Below, in pieces: positions 42,432 to 52,273 of a DNA stretch of 64,000 bases; position 1 is the first letter of the stretch; the number at the start of each line of letters is the position of its first letter. The notes beneath the pieces are model-generated. The model ran no database searches. It was not told where the DNA came from and saw nothing but the letters and a program-made list of their open reading frames with translations. Source of the stretch: Alphaproteobacteria bacterium (lineage in GTDB: Bacteria > Pseudomonadota > Alphaproteobacteria > UBA828); assembly GCA_965237415.1 (NCBI GenBank), contig CBDEFM010000002.1, forward strand, positions 1,088,001 through 1,152,000. The letters run 5' to 3'. The position numbers were made by a program, and so were the translations under genes.

Positions 42432-43321
42432 CAGGCGGCCTGCCCGTCGATGTAGAGCGCGGGCCGGCCGTCGCCCGGCTCCAGCATCGAGACGGCGAGC
42501 CGGATCTGCTGCTCGGACGAGCGACCGTCGAGAAGGGTCAACCCGCCGGCCGGTTGGATCGAACAGCGCGGTGCGTAGATATTTCGCCCCCGGCCCTCGG
42601 CTGCATCCTCGATGTAGCGAAAGCCGCCGATCACCTGCCGCAGCGCACCCTGCACCTGGTCGCGCGCGCCATCGTCAGGCGTGTAATCGAGGGCGACATC
42701 GGTGCCGGCCGCGACGCCGGCCTTCGCCGCGTAGAGTGGGTGATCGGGCGGCAGCCAATAGATGCGGGCGCGATCGTAGTCGACGATGTATTGCCCCTTC
42801 TGCTCGGTCTCGCCCGCGCCGGCCGCAAATTGCCCGGCGGCGATCGCTTGCGTTGTCGTCACCGGCGTTTGCGCCGTGGTGGAGATAGTCACGGCAGCGA
42901 TCGCGGCCGCCTTGTCGGCCGGTGATGCCAAACTGAGGACACCGGCGGGCCGGTCGACCCCACCCAGTTGATGCCAGCGGCCGGGCCTCAGGACGGCAGG
43001 CTCGCCAGAGACCGGTGCGGCCGCGTTGAGCCTTCTCATCTCGCCCACCGTGAAGAGCGCCAGGTTCTCCAGGCTGAGGTCGTGGAGCGTGAGCGTTACG
43101 GTGCGCGTCACACTGCGGGCAATGCGCGCAAGCTCGCGTGCGACAGGGCCCGAGCCCGAAAAGACGGTGGTCTCTTCGGTCGTGATCTCCAGGGCAGCGC
43201 CCACGGCGTCGCCGAGGTAGCGCTCGCCCGTGAACGCACCGCCTTCGTGGAGGTCGAGATAGACCTCGCCGGCGCCGATCACGATGTTGTCGGAGCGCTT
43301 GTCGATGTTTCGCGCGGTCAT
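42431..43321 (-). CDS. Major tail tube protein (non-contractile)
   Basis: VIGAGEVY, ERYLGD, LHDLSLENLALF, YIVDYDRARI, ALYIDG; no sheath gene nearby. Confidence 0.75.
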   Translation of the reverse strand: MTARNIDKRSDNIVIGAGEVYLDLHEGGAFTGERYLGDAVGAALEITTEETTVFSGSGPVARELARIARSVTRTVTLTLHDLSLENLALFTVGEMRRLNAAAPVSGEPAVLRPGRWHQLGGVDRPAGVLSLASPADKAAAIAAVTISTTAQTPVTTTQAIAAGQFAAGAGETEQKGQYIVDYDRARIYWLPPDHPLYAAKAGVAAGTDVALDYTPDDGARDQVQGALRQVIGGFRYIEDAAEGRGRNIYAPRCSIQPAGGLTLLDGRSSEQQIRLAVSMLEPGDGRPALYIDGQAA

Positions 43322-43333
43322 CTTGGTGTCTCC

Positions 43334-43810
43334 CTATTCCGTTTCCACGACGCCGGCGCGGGCGACGCGGCGGATTTCGTACTCGTCGAGCCATTGCATC
43401 CGCCCATCCTCCAGCGAAACGAGCCGCCCGCGGCGGAAGGACAGCACCTCGCGCTGCCCCGGCGGCGTCCAGCCGGCGAGCGCTTGCCTGGCGCGGGCGA
43501 GCAAGGCGGAGAGCCGCTCCCGCCCGCGCGCGCCGCCGCGGTCGTTGGGCGCCGCGACCATCACTGAGACGCCGACGCGCACGACATGTTGCACCGGCGC
43601 GTTCTCGACCCGGCGCGTCGTGCTCTCCTCCGCTTCGTCGGAGATCGGGAGCACCAGTGCTGCCGGCGTCTTGGGCCAGGCTGTCAGCGCCGCCGTATCG
43701 AGTGCGCTCAGCACGGCGGCGAAGACAGGGTCGCCACCGTCTGCCGTGAGCGCCGCGAGCCGCTCGGCCATGGCATCGGCGAGGTGCATCTCCAGCGCCA
43801 CGAGAGTCAT
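43334..43810 (-). CDS. Tail terminator protein (Mu gp37-like)
   Basis: TPAALVLP, ARQALAGWTP, GRMQWLDEY. Confidence 0.7.
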   Translation of the reverse strand: MTLVALEMHLADAMAERLAALTADGGDPVFAAVLSALDTAALTAWPKTPAALVLPISDEAEESTTRRVENAPVQHVVRVGVSVMVAAPNDRGGARGRERLSALLARARQALAGWTPPGQREVLSFRRGRLVSLEDGRMQWLDEYEIRRVARAGVVETE

Positions 43811-44031
43811 GGCCCCGCCCTTTCGAGCGCGCGCGCGACGATGCGCGCGATTGCATTGCGGTCGCGCTCGTCGATGCCGAGATAGGGACGCGCCGGGATC
43901 TTCGCCCGTCTGCCCTTGCCGGCGAGGTCACCGAACTGGTGGATGGCGGCGTAGACGACGTTCGATCCCACCTCGACCGCACGCCCACCGTCGGTGACCA
44001 TGTGCGCGATCGAGCCACGCAGCCGGCCGGT
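43807..44031 (-). pseudogene. C-terminal fragment of a Mu gpG-like virion morphogenesis gene
   Basis: TGRLRGSI..VGSNVVYAAIHQFG..IPARPYLGI; N-terminus missing. Confidence 0.82.
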
Positions 44032-44992
44032 AGTCCACGCGCCTGGGCAGGCCCTCGATGAACCGTTCCAGAATGGCGGCGGGCCGCATCCGCACATCGC
44101 CGCCCGACGCCGACGCGAAAGCGATGGTGGCGTGTTCGCCTGCGGCGCCCTCGTCGGCGTTGCCTTGGTCGTCCCCGAGGGCGGCGAGCAGCGCGGTCAG
44201 CGCCGGCCGCTCCGCCGGCAGGATGCGACCCGCTTCGACATGGGGCGCAATCGCCGCGTCCGCAGCCCGCCGGCGGTCGTCGGCCGCGGCCGCGGCCTCC
44301 CGCGCGAGCAGCGCCGCTTCCCGCGCCGTGAGCGAGGCTTCGTGTTCGTTCGTGTCCCTCAGTCGCCGGTCGCAGGCTCCGGGCTGCTTCGCAGGCCGGC
44401 CCACCTTGCCTCCCACTTCATCGATGGCTTCAGGGACGCCGTCTTCCTCTCCGGCCTCTCCCCGCCCCTGAAGCGCGGAGAGCGGGACGAGGCTGTCGCC
44501 GTCTTCGTCCCCTCCCGGCCCCAGGGCGCGGAGAGAGTCGGGATGATCTGAGGGTGAGTCGTCCGGGGACACCGCCCCAGCATCGTCAGTAAATGCGACC
44601 ACCGTCTCGGGCGCGGACGCGAAGCGGGTCGGCACAAGCCCCGACACCGCCGGTGCTCGGCCGCCCAGGAATCCCACGTGGCGCAGCGTGTCGCCCTGCA
44701 GCGCGATCGAGCGGCCGGCGTAGCGCCCGGCCTCGACCGCCTCGCGGAAGGCCGGCGCGATATCGCGGAGCTTCGCCTGCAGCCGGTCGCCGACGCGGCG
44801 GAGCCCGTCGATCCAGGCGAAGGCCGGGGCGTCCGTCTCAGGATGGCCCACGACCACGGGCGCGGGGTCGGCGACGGCGTGCGCGTCGACGATCCGGTCG
44901 AGCCGGGCCTCGTCGATGGCAACGTCCCGGCCCGCCATGTCGCGCCAAGTGCCGGCGCGGCAGACGTCGATCCAGCCGTCGAGCGCGCTCAT
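43928..44992 (-). pseudogene. Mu-like head maturation protease/scaffold (gpI), C-terminus truncated at the deletion junction
   Basis: WIDVCRAGTW, APVVVGHP..DAPAFAWI, GRYAGRSI, LRHVGFLGGRAPAVSGL, EAGRILPAE, LPRRVDY, then an out-of-frame tail. Confidence 0.78.
44355..44558. repeat. Repeat-derived in-frame insertions in the protease gene
   Basis: 44355-44402 is a partial copy of the 90-bp repeat; 44446-44558 holds two units resembling the 62788 palindrome (LSALQG.GE). Confidence 0.6.
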
Positions 44993-45395
44993 CACGCGAC
45001 CCCTCGCGTGCGGAATCGAAGGAGCGCGCTCCTTTGCGTGTGGAATTGATGAGGCGCGCCCCGGATTGCCCCGGTGGCGCGTGGGGTCTGGGTCCCGTGG
45101 TAGGGAGGCGATGCAGCGGTCAGAGCATTCATGGCGCGGACAATGCCCTGCGCCGAACCCCCTGTGCACCGCACCATGGTCCGGGGCGATTTCTGACCGC
45201 TGCGGCTTAGCTATCCGCCTCTCGACCCGTCTCCTCTCCTAGAACTGAAGAGCTGGATTTGGATTAGCCATGAGCACGCACGTTAGGCCACGTGCATCGC
45301 AACTTCCCAATCAATAAGGCGGAGACACTCCCGCCCCGGCCTCATCCTAATCGCCCAACACCTCCCGAATACCGGGCGGCGCAAGCGACGCATCT

Positions 45396-45686
45396 TTACT
45401 TGGTTGCAGGCTCGCAAACGAGCCGGTTACGCCCGCGACGAAGCAGATAGCCACCCCGCGGGATCGCCAGCGTGCCTTCCCGGACGAGGGGCCAGAGCAT
45501 GTCGACGATGAGCGCGGCGGCGTGGTCCTCCTCTACCACCTCCTGCTTCGGTTGCGTGGAGAGCCACGCAGCGAACGCGCGCTCACCGATCTCGTCGCCC
45601 ACAGACTTGCGCAGTGTGTCGAGTTTGCGGCGTTGACCCCTGGTTAACGTGCTCTCGTCGATCTTGGACGCAGATCGTCCCGCCAT
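45396..45686 (-). CDS. Hypothetical protein (96 aa)
   Basis: GGAGGT RBS and clean ORF; flanked by AT-richer DNA. Confidence 0.7.
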   Translation of the reverse strand: MAGRSASKIDESTLTRGQRRKLDTLRKSVGDEIGERAFAAWLSTQPKQEVVEEDHAAALIVDMLWPLVREGTLAIPRGGYLLRRGRNRLVCEPATK

Positions 45687-45923
45687 GATCTCACCTCCAT
45701 CGAATGCGTGAATTTCCTGAACTTACCGCCATATAGCAGACTTATCGCTGAATGAAATCAGCAGATGTATCGATACGCATTATAGGCATACCAATCAATT
45801 TTGGGGGTATATTCTGCGGGCGTGAAACTGTGAGAAAGATGACGATTTCGACGCGGCGATTCCTTCGTCTCACTAGTGATATTCCTACTGAGTGATGCAG
45901 GGAAAATGCCTTCTGATGTGCCG

Positions 45924-46709
45924 CTATTGCGCTGTCCACCCGCCATCGATCAACAGGCTTGCACCCGTGATCAGGCTGGCTGCGTCGCTTGCAAGAAAAA
46001 CAATGGCGCCCATCACGTCGGGAAGTTCGCCGAGGCGGCCGAGCGCGATCCGGCTCAGCGTGTCGTCTTTGAAGGCAGGATCTTCGAGAAACGGCACGGT
46101 CATCGGCGTGGAAATAAAGGTCGGACCAATTGCGTTGACCCGGATGTTATACGGCGCAAGATCCATCGCCATCGCCTTGGTCATGCCTTCGATCGCGTGC
46201 TTGGTGGTGCAGTAGACCGTGCGCCTGGGCCCGCCGACGTGGCCCATTTGCGAGGACATGTTGATGATGACGCCGCCCCTCTTTGCCGCGACCATCTCCC
46301 GTGCGACCGCCTGGGCGCAGAAATAGGCACCGCGCACGTTGATGCCCATGACAGCATCGAAGTCCTCCACCGTCACGTCCAACAACGCAGCGGGACGGTT
46401 GCCGCCGGCATTATTGATGAGGATATCGACCGGTCCGAGTTCCGCGAGGGCCGCTGCGGCTCGTTCCACATCGGCGACGTCGAGAGGGAGGATCGCCGCA
46501 GCGCCGCCTGCCGCCTCGATTTCACTCGCGACCTGCGCCAGGGCCCCGCGTCCCCGCGCCGCGAGCACCACGTGGGCACCCGCCTCCGCGAGCGCAGCTG
46601 CAGAAGCACGACCAAGGCCGCGACTCGCGCCGGTGACGAGCGCCCGCTTGCCGTCGAGACGGAAGGAGGGCGTCTTGGGCAGCGCGTCCTCGACGGGGAG
46701 ATCAGGCAA
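45924..46709 (-). CDS. SDR family oxidoreductase
   Basis: [23 protein letters not shown]; TTG start overlapping the upstream stop. Confidence 0.9.
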   Translation of the reverse strand: MPDLPVEDALPKTPSFRLDGKRALVTGASRGLGRASAAALAEAGAHVVLAARGRGALAQVASEIEAAGGAAAILPLDVADVERAAAALAELGPVDILINNAGGNRPAALLDVTVEDFDAVMGINVRGAYFCAQAVAREMVAAKRGGVIINMSSQMGHVGGPRRTVYCTTKHAIEGMTKAMAMDLAPYNIRVNAIGPTFISTPMTVPFLEDPAFKDDTLSRIALGRLGELPDVMGAIVFLASDAASLITGASLLIDGGWTAQ

Positions 46710-47991
46710 GATTCCGCCCGCCGTAGCGGCGCACGCGGATGTCGGCCTGCTCCTTGTGCCCGGCGAAGCCCTCCAGCGCACAGAGCCTGGAGCAGTATTC
46801 GCCAACCATGGCAGACGCCTCGTCGGTCAGCACCCGCTGGTAGGTGCAGGTCTTGAGGAACATGCCGACCCAGAGACCGCCGGTGTAGCGCGCGGCCTTG
46901 CGTGTCGGCAGCGTGTGGTTGGTGCCGATCACCTTGTCGCCGTAGGAAACGTTGGTGCGGGGCCCGAGGAAGAGCGCGCCGTAGTTGGTCATGCGCTCGA
47001 GGAACCAGTCGGGGTCTTCGGTCATCACCTGCACGTGCTCGGCGGCGATCTCGTCCGCAACGGCCACCATCTCGTCGAGGGTGTCGCAGACGATCACCTG
47101 GCCGTAGTCGCGCCAGGCCTGCCCCGCGATCTCCGCGGTCGGCAGGATGCCGAGCTGGCGGTCGACCTCGGCCATCGTCTGCCGGGCGAGGCTCTCGGAG
47201 TTGGTCAGCAGGGTCGCCGGCGAGGTCGGCCCGTGCTCGGCCTGGCCGAGCAGGTCGGCGGCGCAGAGCTCGCCGTCCACGGTCTCGTCGGCGATCACCA
47301 GAGTTTCGGTGGGCCCGGCCAGCAGGTCGATGCCGACGCGGCCGAAAAGCTGGCGCTTGGCCTCCGCCACGAAGGCGTTGCCGGGGCCGACCAGCATGTC
47401 GACCGGTGCGATGCTTCCGGTACCCAAAGCCATCGCGCCCACCGCCTGAATGCCGCCCAGCACGTAGATCTCGTCGGCGCCCGCGAGATGTTGCGCGGCG
47501 ACGATGGCGGGCGCGGGTCTGCCCTCGAAGGGCGGCGCGCAGGTCGCGATGCGCGCGACGCCCGCCACCTTCGCCGTCACCACCGACATGTGGGCGGACG
47601 CCAGCAGCGGATACTTTCCGCCCGGCACGTAGCAACCGACCGCGTTGACCGGGATGTTCTTGTGGCCCAGCACCACGCCCGGCAGAGTCTCGACCTCGAC
47701 GTCCTGAAGCGCATCGCGTTGGATTTGCGCGAAGTTCCGAATTTGCTCCTGTGCGAACAGGATATCGTCCCTGTCCTGCCCGGTGAGAGCGCCGAGGCAG
47801 GCCTCGATCTCGTCCTCGCCGAGCCGAAAGTCCTCGCGCTCCCAGCGATCGAACTTGATCGACATCTCGCGCACGGCGGCGTCGCCCCGGCGCGCGATAT
47901 CGTCCAACGCGTCTTCCACGACGCGGCGGACCTTCGCGTCCGCCTCCGCGGCCTCGGCATCGCTGATGCCGGTCTTCAGGTATCGAGGCAT
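46702..47991 (-). CDS. Histidinol dehydrogenase paralogue (HisD2/HpsN-like)
   Basis: [41 protein letters not shown]. Confidence 0.85.
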   Translation of the reverse strand: MPRYLKTGISDAEAAEADAKVRRVVEDALDDIARRGDAAVREMSIKFDRWEREDFRLGEDEIEACLGALTGQDRDDILFAQEQIRNFAQIQRDALQDVEVETLPGVVLGHKNIPVNAVGCYVPGGKYPLLASAHMSVVTAKVAGVARIATCAPPFEGRPAPAIVAAQHLAGADEIYVLGGIQAVGAMALGTGSIAPVDMLVGPGNAFVAEAKRQLFGRVGIDLLAGPTETLVIADETVDGELCAADLLGQAEHGPTSPATLLTNSESLARQTMAEVDRQLGILPTAEIAGQAWRDYGQVIVCDTLDEMVAVADEIAAEHVQVMTEDPDWFLERMTNYGALFLGPRTNVSYGDKVIGTNHTLPTRKAARYTGGLWVGMFLKTCTYQRVLTDEASAMVGEYCSRLCALEGFAGHKEQADIRVRRYGGRNLA

Positions 47992-48060
47992 CGGAACTCC
48001 TGCATTCTATTGGCACCTCGGGGTGCGAGACCGCGTGCGCGGCCGGATAGCGCTCCGGGC

Positions 48061-48345
48061 TCAGGTCCCAACGGTGACTCCCCGCCAGAAAGCGACGTGG
48101 TCCCGGATGTTTTCGGCCGCAGGCTTCGGGTCGGGGTAATACCACGCGGCATCCGCATTGCGCGCGCCTTCGACCTCGATCGAATAATAGTGAGCCGTGC
48201 CTTTCCAGCCGCAAACGGTGGTCGTTGGGCCCCGCGTGAGGAACGCCAGGTTCACGGTACCTGGCGGGAAATAGACGTTGCCCTCGACAGTTTCGTAACG
48301 GTCGGACTCAGCGATGACCTGCCCCTGCCAGAGTGCACGCGCCAT
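48061..48345 (-). CDS. DUF427 protein
   Basis: VEGNVYFP, CGWKGTAHYY, AAWYYPDPK. Confidence 0.9.
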   Translation of the reverse strand: MARALWQGQVIAESDRYETVEGNVYFPPGTVNLAFLTRGPTTTVCGWKGTAHYYSIEVEGARNADAAWYYPDPKPAAENIRDHVAFWRGVTVGT

Positions 48346-48467
48346 GGCTCAGTCTCCCTGGAATCGCTCGCCGAAATGGCAGTCTATCGCGCAGCGCGTC
48401 GATCGGAAGGGTTGCCAATCGGCAAGACCGGCGGGATTTCGCCGTCCCCTTCCCGCCCGCCGCTCGT

Positions 48468-48905
48468 TTACGCGTGCGGCACCCACTTGATGATGTGCTG
48501 CGCCACGGCCACGGTCTCGCCCCGCTGGTTGACGACTTCGATATCGGACAATGCGCGGCGGCGCGTCTCGTCGATCTGGGCTACCGTGTAGGTCACGCTC
48601 ACCGTGTCGTTGATATAGACCGGGGCGGTGAAGCGGATGCGGTCGTAACCGAGCGAGACGGGGGTTTCGTCGCTTTCCCGCTCGGCGCAGCGGGCGATCA
48701 TCATGGTCGACGTGGTCGACATGAAGCCGACCAGCAGGGCGCCGTGAGCGATGCGGTGCCCATAGGCTGACGTCGACATGTACTGCTCGTTCACGTGAAG
48801 TCCGTTCAAATCGCCGGTGATGCCCGCGAACAGGTAAATGTCGCTTTCGCCAACGGTCTTGGAAAACGTCACCTGCTCGCCGACGCTCACATGGAAGTCG
48901 GACAT
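48468..48905 (-). CDS. MaoC family dehydratase
   Basis: FAGITGDLNGLH, RIAHGAL, RFTAPVYINDT. Confidence 0.9.
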   Translation of the reverse strand: MSDFHVSVGEQVTFSKTVGESDIYLFAGITGDLNGLHVNEQYMSTSAYGHRIAHGALLVGFMSTTSTMMIARCAERESDETPVSLGYDRIRFTAPVYINDTVSVTYTVAQIDETRRRALSDIEVVNQRGETVAVAQHIIKWVPHA

Positions 48906-48971
48906 CCTTCGCCCCCGGATGCGTCTAGTGATCTTTGCTCAGGCTCCGCAGGGACCCGTGGGCACCCGTGG

Positions 48972-49568
48972 TCAGAAGCCGGCGGACTGGCCCCAGCGGT
49001 CGGAGAAGACGAACTCGCCGAACGGGCGCCGCGTCCGCGCCTCAAGCTCCATCTCACGGAGTTCGTCGGGAAGGGTGCCCGGGTCCCCGGCATAGCCGAC
49101 GGCGATCCCCGTTACGGGATCGAAGCCCTCCGGCACGCCATAGGTCTCCCGGATTTTTTCCGCTTCGATGCCCGCCATCTGGTGGGTGGCGTACCCGAGC
49201 TCCGTGGCCTGCAAGACGAGCTGGCAGGCGGCGAGTCCGATATCGTGGACGGCACAACTGTTGGGCGAGTCGTTGTGGTCGAACGTGCGCTTGGTCACGG
49301 TAAGGATGAGCAGCGACGCGTTCCGCGCCCACACCTGATTTCCGGGCACCAGGCAATCGAGCAACTGCGCGAAGCGTTCTTCATCGTCCCTGGTCGCGAC
49401 CAGGAAGCGCCAGGGCTGCTGGTTGAAGCTCGACGCCGCCCAGCGCGCGGCCTCCAGCAGCGTAAGAATGTCCGCGCGGGGCATCGGGCGCGGCGTGAAT
49501 GCGCGCGGGCTCCAGCGTCGCTTCATCATTTCGTGGATCGGGTGATCGGCCAGCGCCGGCTTTTCCAT
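48972..49568 (-). CDS. Nitroreductase family protein
   Basis: RRWSPRAF, AASSFNQQPWRF, HQMAG. Confidence 0.9.
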   Translation of the reverse strand: MEKPALADHPIHEMMKRRWSPRAFTPRPMPRADILTLLEAARWAASSFNQQPWRFLVATRDDEERFAQLLDCLVPGNQVWARNASLLILTVTKRTFDHNDSPNSCAVHDIGLAACQLVLQATELGYATHQMAGIEAEKIRETYGVPEGFDPVTGIAVGYAGDPGTLPDELREMELEARTRRPFGEFVFSDRWGQSAGF

Positions 49569-49595
49569 GTCCTCACTCTCCCGCGTCGATAACGA

Positions 49596-50996
49596 TCATT
49601 CGTCCGACCACAGCCACTCTCCAGGACTCTCGCGCACGCTCCGGTAGTGCTCCTCAGGATCGTACAAGTCGACCGGGAGCCCGAGCTGCCGCGCGGTGAG
49701 TGCACCGACCGCCGCTTTCAACCGATAGGCGGCGACGATCTCCTCCCGCTTCGCCCGGACCAGGTTGAGCTGTGCCTTGAAATGCTCCTGTTCGGCGTCA
49801 AGCACGTCGAGCGTCGTTCGCAGGCCGACCCGTGTCTCTTGCTCGACGCCGTCAAGGGCAACGGCCGCCGCAGCCACCTGAGACTCAAACGCGGTGATCT
49901 GTGCCCGTGCCGCGGTGAGCGCTCTCCAGGCATGGGCAGCTTGCTCTTGCACCGCGCGCCGGGCCTGATCGAGCTCCAGGCGCCGCTGCGCCGCTATCTG
50001 CTTCGACTGGCGGATGCGCGCGTTCGCGGCGCCACCCTGATAGAGCGGCACGCGCACGGTCGCCATCAACGAGGCATCGGCGGTCGATTCGATGAGGTCC
50101 GACGGGTCAAAGCGCTGGCGAACGTTGCCCACGATCGAGACCTGCGGCCTGAGTGCCGAGGCTGCCGTGTCGATATCCGCCTCCGACGCGTGCGCGATGA
50201 ACGACGCCGCGGCGATCGATGGGTTGCCCTCGGCCGCGGCGGCGAGCGCGTCCTCTTCGCTCTCTTGCAGTCCCATGGGGACCGGCGGCCAGGACAGTTT
50301 GCCCGGCGGCTCGCCGGTCACGCGCCGGTAAACGGCCCGGGCCGACATCATGCCGCCCTCCGCCGCGACCCGCTCCGCGCCCGCCTGCGCGAGCCGGGCC
50401 TCGGCCTGAGCCACGTCAGTGCGCGTCACCTCGCCGACATCGAGCCGGTCCTGCGCCGCCTGCAGCTGACGCCGCACCACTCGCTCACTGCTAACGCTGA
50501 GCTCTATTTCGGCCAGATAGCGGAGCACGTCCATGTAGGCGGTCGCCGTGTCGAGCAGGATCGTCTGCTCGACCGCCTGAAGCTGTGCCCGTCCCGCGCT
50601 GACGCGGTTCTCTGCCGATTCGATCTGGGCGGCAACGCGCCCACCCTGGTAAACGGGCGCGACCGCCGTGAGCCCGACGCCGTAGGGGGCGACCGTGCTG
50701 CTCCCGCTGTTGGGAATCATGCCGTCTGTATTGCTGTACAGGGCGCCGACATCCCCCACGATCTCGATCGTGGGGCGCCAGCCGGCCAGCGCCTCCGGCA
50801 CCTCCTCGTCCACCGCCCGCAGGCGTGCACGCTGGGCTTGCAAGGTAGGATTGTTCTGGTAGGCGAGCACGAGCGCCTCTTCCAGGGTCTGCGCAGCGGC
50901 ACTGTGGAATTGCGCCGATGCGCCAACGAGAAGCGCCGCAAAGAGCGCGAAAAGGGCGATCATACCAGTCGCGTAGGTTCGTCGATCGCGAGTCAT
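49596..50996 (-). CDS. tolC: TolC family outer membrane protein
   Basis: TLEEALVLAYQNNPTL, GEVTRTDVAQAEAR, GLRTTLDVLDAEQE. Confidence 0.9.
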   Translation of the reverse strand: MTRDRRTYATGMIALFALFAALLVGASAQFHSAAAQTLEEALVLAYQNNPTLQAQRARLRAVDEEVPEALAGWRPTIEIVGDVGALYSNTDGMIPNSGSSTVAPYGVGLTAVAPVYQGGRVAAQIESAENRVSAGRAQLQAVEQTILLDTATAYMDVLRYLAEIELSVSSERVVRRQLQAAQDRLDVGEVTRTDVAQAEARLAQAGAERVAAEGGMMSARAVYRRVTGEPPGKLSWPPVPMGLQESEEDALAAAAEGNPSIAAASFIAHASEADIDTAASALRPQVSIVGNVRQRFDPSDLIESTADASLMATVRVPLYQGGAANARIRQSKQIAAQRRLELDQARRAVQEQAAHAWRALTAARAQITAFESQVAAAAVALDGVEQETRVGLRTTLDVLDAEQEHFKAQLNLVRAKREEIVAAYRLKAAVGALTARQLGLPVDLYDPEEHYRSVRESPGEWLWSDE

Positions 50997-51008
50997 GGGC
51001 CGCTCCCC

Positions 51009-51338
51009 TCAGTAGGTCGGCATGGCGGGATCGACAGCACGCGCCCACGCGTCGATACCGCCTTCCAGATTGACCGCATTGTCGTAGCCGAGCCGCTGCA
51101 GCCATGCCGTGACATGACCGCTTCGCTGGCCGTGGTGGCACAGCACCACCAGCGGGCGGTCTGCTGGCAGCGAGTCGAGCCGATCGGGCAGCTCGTTCAT
51201 GGGGATGGTCATCGCCTCCGGCAGCGCGCCGAGCGCCACCTCCCAGGGCTCGCGCACATCGAGCAGCGCGTAGTCCCCCTGACTCGCGCGCAGCGCCGCG
51301 AAGTCCCCGACCGAAAGCGCCGGCACCTCCCCATCCAT
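51009..51338 (-). CDS. Rhodanese-like protein
   Basis: LLDVREPWE, CHHGQRS, NLEGGIDAW. Confidence 0.9.
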   Translation of the reverse strand: MDGEVPALSVGDFAALRASQGDYALLDVREPWEVALGALPEAMTIPMNELPDRLDSLPADRPLVVLCHHGQRSGHVTAWLQRLGYDNAVNLEGGIDAWARAVDPAMPTY

Positions 51339-51342
51339 GGTT

Positions 51343-51999
51343 TTAGAACTCAAAGTGCACGGGACGAGCGATGCCGGGAAGCGGCGGAAGCGACGCCTCG
51401 AACAGGCTGCGGCTGGATAGCGCGCCCCGGTGCTTCGCCCAGAGGGTCGCCTGCCCCACCCCACCGGCCTTGCGCAGGACGCCGACAATCCTGCCCCGCT
51501 CGGCCAGTTGGTCCGCCAGCGCTTGCGGCAGGTGATCCACCGCACCGCCCAACAGGATGACGTCATAGGGCGCCTGGCGGGCGCAGCCCTCGGCGAGCGG
51601 GCCGGTCATCACGATCGCGTTGTCGGCGCCCACCGCGCTCAGCGTGCGCTCCGCCTCCGCGGCGAGCGATTTGTCGACGTCCAGTGCGATCACGGTACCG
51701 GCGAGGCGAGCCATGATCGCCGTTGCGTAGCCCGTGCCGCAGCCGACATCGAGGACCATGTCATCGGCCGCTATATTTGACTCCTGGACCAGCCGCGCCA
51801 GCACCATGGGCTCCATCAGGTAGCGGCCGGACGCGATCTTCACGTCCTCGTCCACATAGGCGACGCCCCGCTTGGCGTGCGGAACGAAGCGCTCGCGAGG
51901 GATCTCCTCCATCGCTTCGATGATCCGCTCGTCGGTGACGCGGTTGGTCCTGATCTGGCCCGAGACCATGTTGCGACGGGCGGCGGCGTGGTCGATCAT
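51343..51999 (-). CDS. pcm: Protein-L-isoaspartate O-methyltransferase
   Basis: ARRNMVSGQIRTN, PRERFVP, LDVGCGTGY, APYDVI. Confidence 0.9.
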   Translation of the reverse strand: MIDHAAARRNMVSGQIRTNRVTDERIIEAMEEIPRERFVPHAKRGVAYVDEDVKIASGRYLMEPMVLARLVQESNIAADDMVLDVGCGTGYATAIMARLAGTVIALDVDKSLAAEAERTLSAVGADNAIVMTGPLAEGCARQAPYDVILLGGAVDHLPQALADQLAERGRIVGVLRKAGGVGQATLWAKHRGALSSRSLFEASLPPLPGIARPVHFEF

Positions 52000-52110
52000 C
52001 TGAGGGAAAACTCGTTGGAGGCAGACGTTGCTACTCCATTCTAGTGCGTGCAGTGCGAGAATGGCAATAAGGCTGCGAGCACGGCACAATGATCAGGGTG
52101 CCGCATCTTA

Positions 52111-52177
52111 CCACATATGTTGCCGAGTTTTCAATATATCGTAGTAGTACACTATTTATAGTCGCTATATGTTGATC
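52111..52177. promoter_or_regulatory. Cluster of NrdR-box-like motifs
   Basis: ACACTATTTATAGTCG (52149-52164), CTATATGTTG (52165), CAATATATCG (52132), ACATATGTTG (52113). Confidence 0.45.
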
Positions 52178-52273
52178 GAGTTATGCTCCGAAACACGGTT
52201 ATCCACGAGAAATACTGCGGGGTAGCGGAGCACGGCAGCCGCAATGCGAAAGCGGGACGTGCCGTCTCGACGC

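Larger units (their letters stand above)
32904..45200 (-). mobile_element. Defective (headless) Mu-like siphoviral prophage remnant / tail module; boundaries approximate
   Basis: Co-oriented tail genes plus Mu-type protease and gpG fragments; candidate TG-initiated end at 32904. Confidence 0.8.

Noticed and set aside
32973-44992. Gene transfer agent, R-type tailocin or eCIS
   Set aside because: There is no terminase, portal or capsid (needed for a GTA) and no sheath or baseplate (needed for contractile systems).
45742-45946. Short ORFs in the AT-rich patch
   Set aside because: They overlap the SDR end, lack an RBS and show no recognisable homology.
52000-52270. tRNA or oriC upstream of pcm
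   Set aside because: No cloverleaf was found; a single imperfect DnaA box and no oriC-linked genes are insufficient for an origin.
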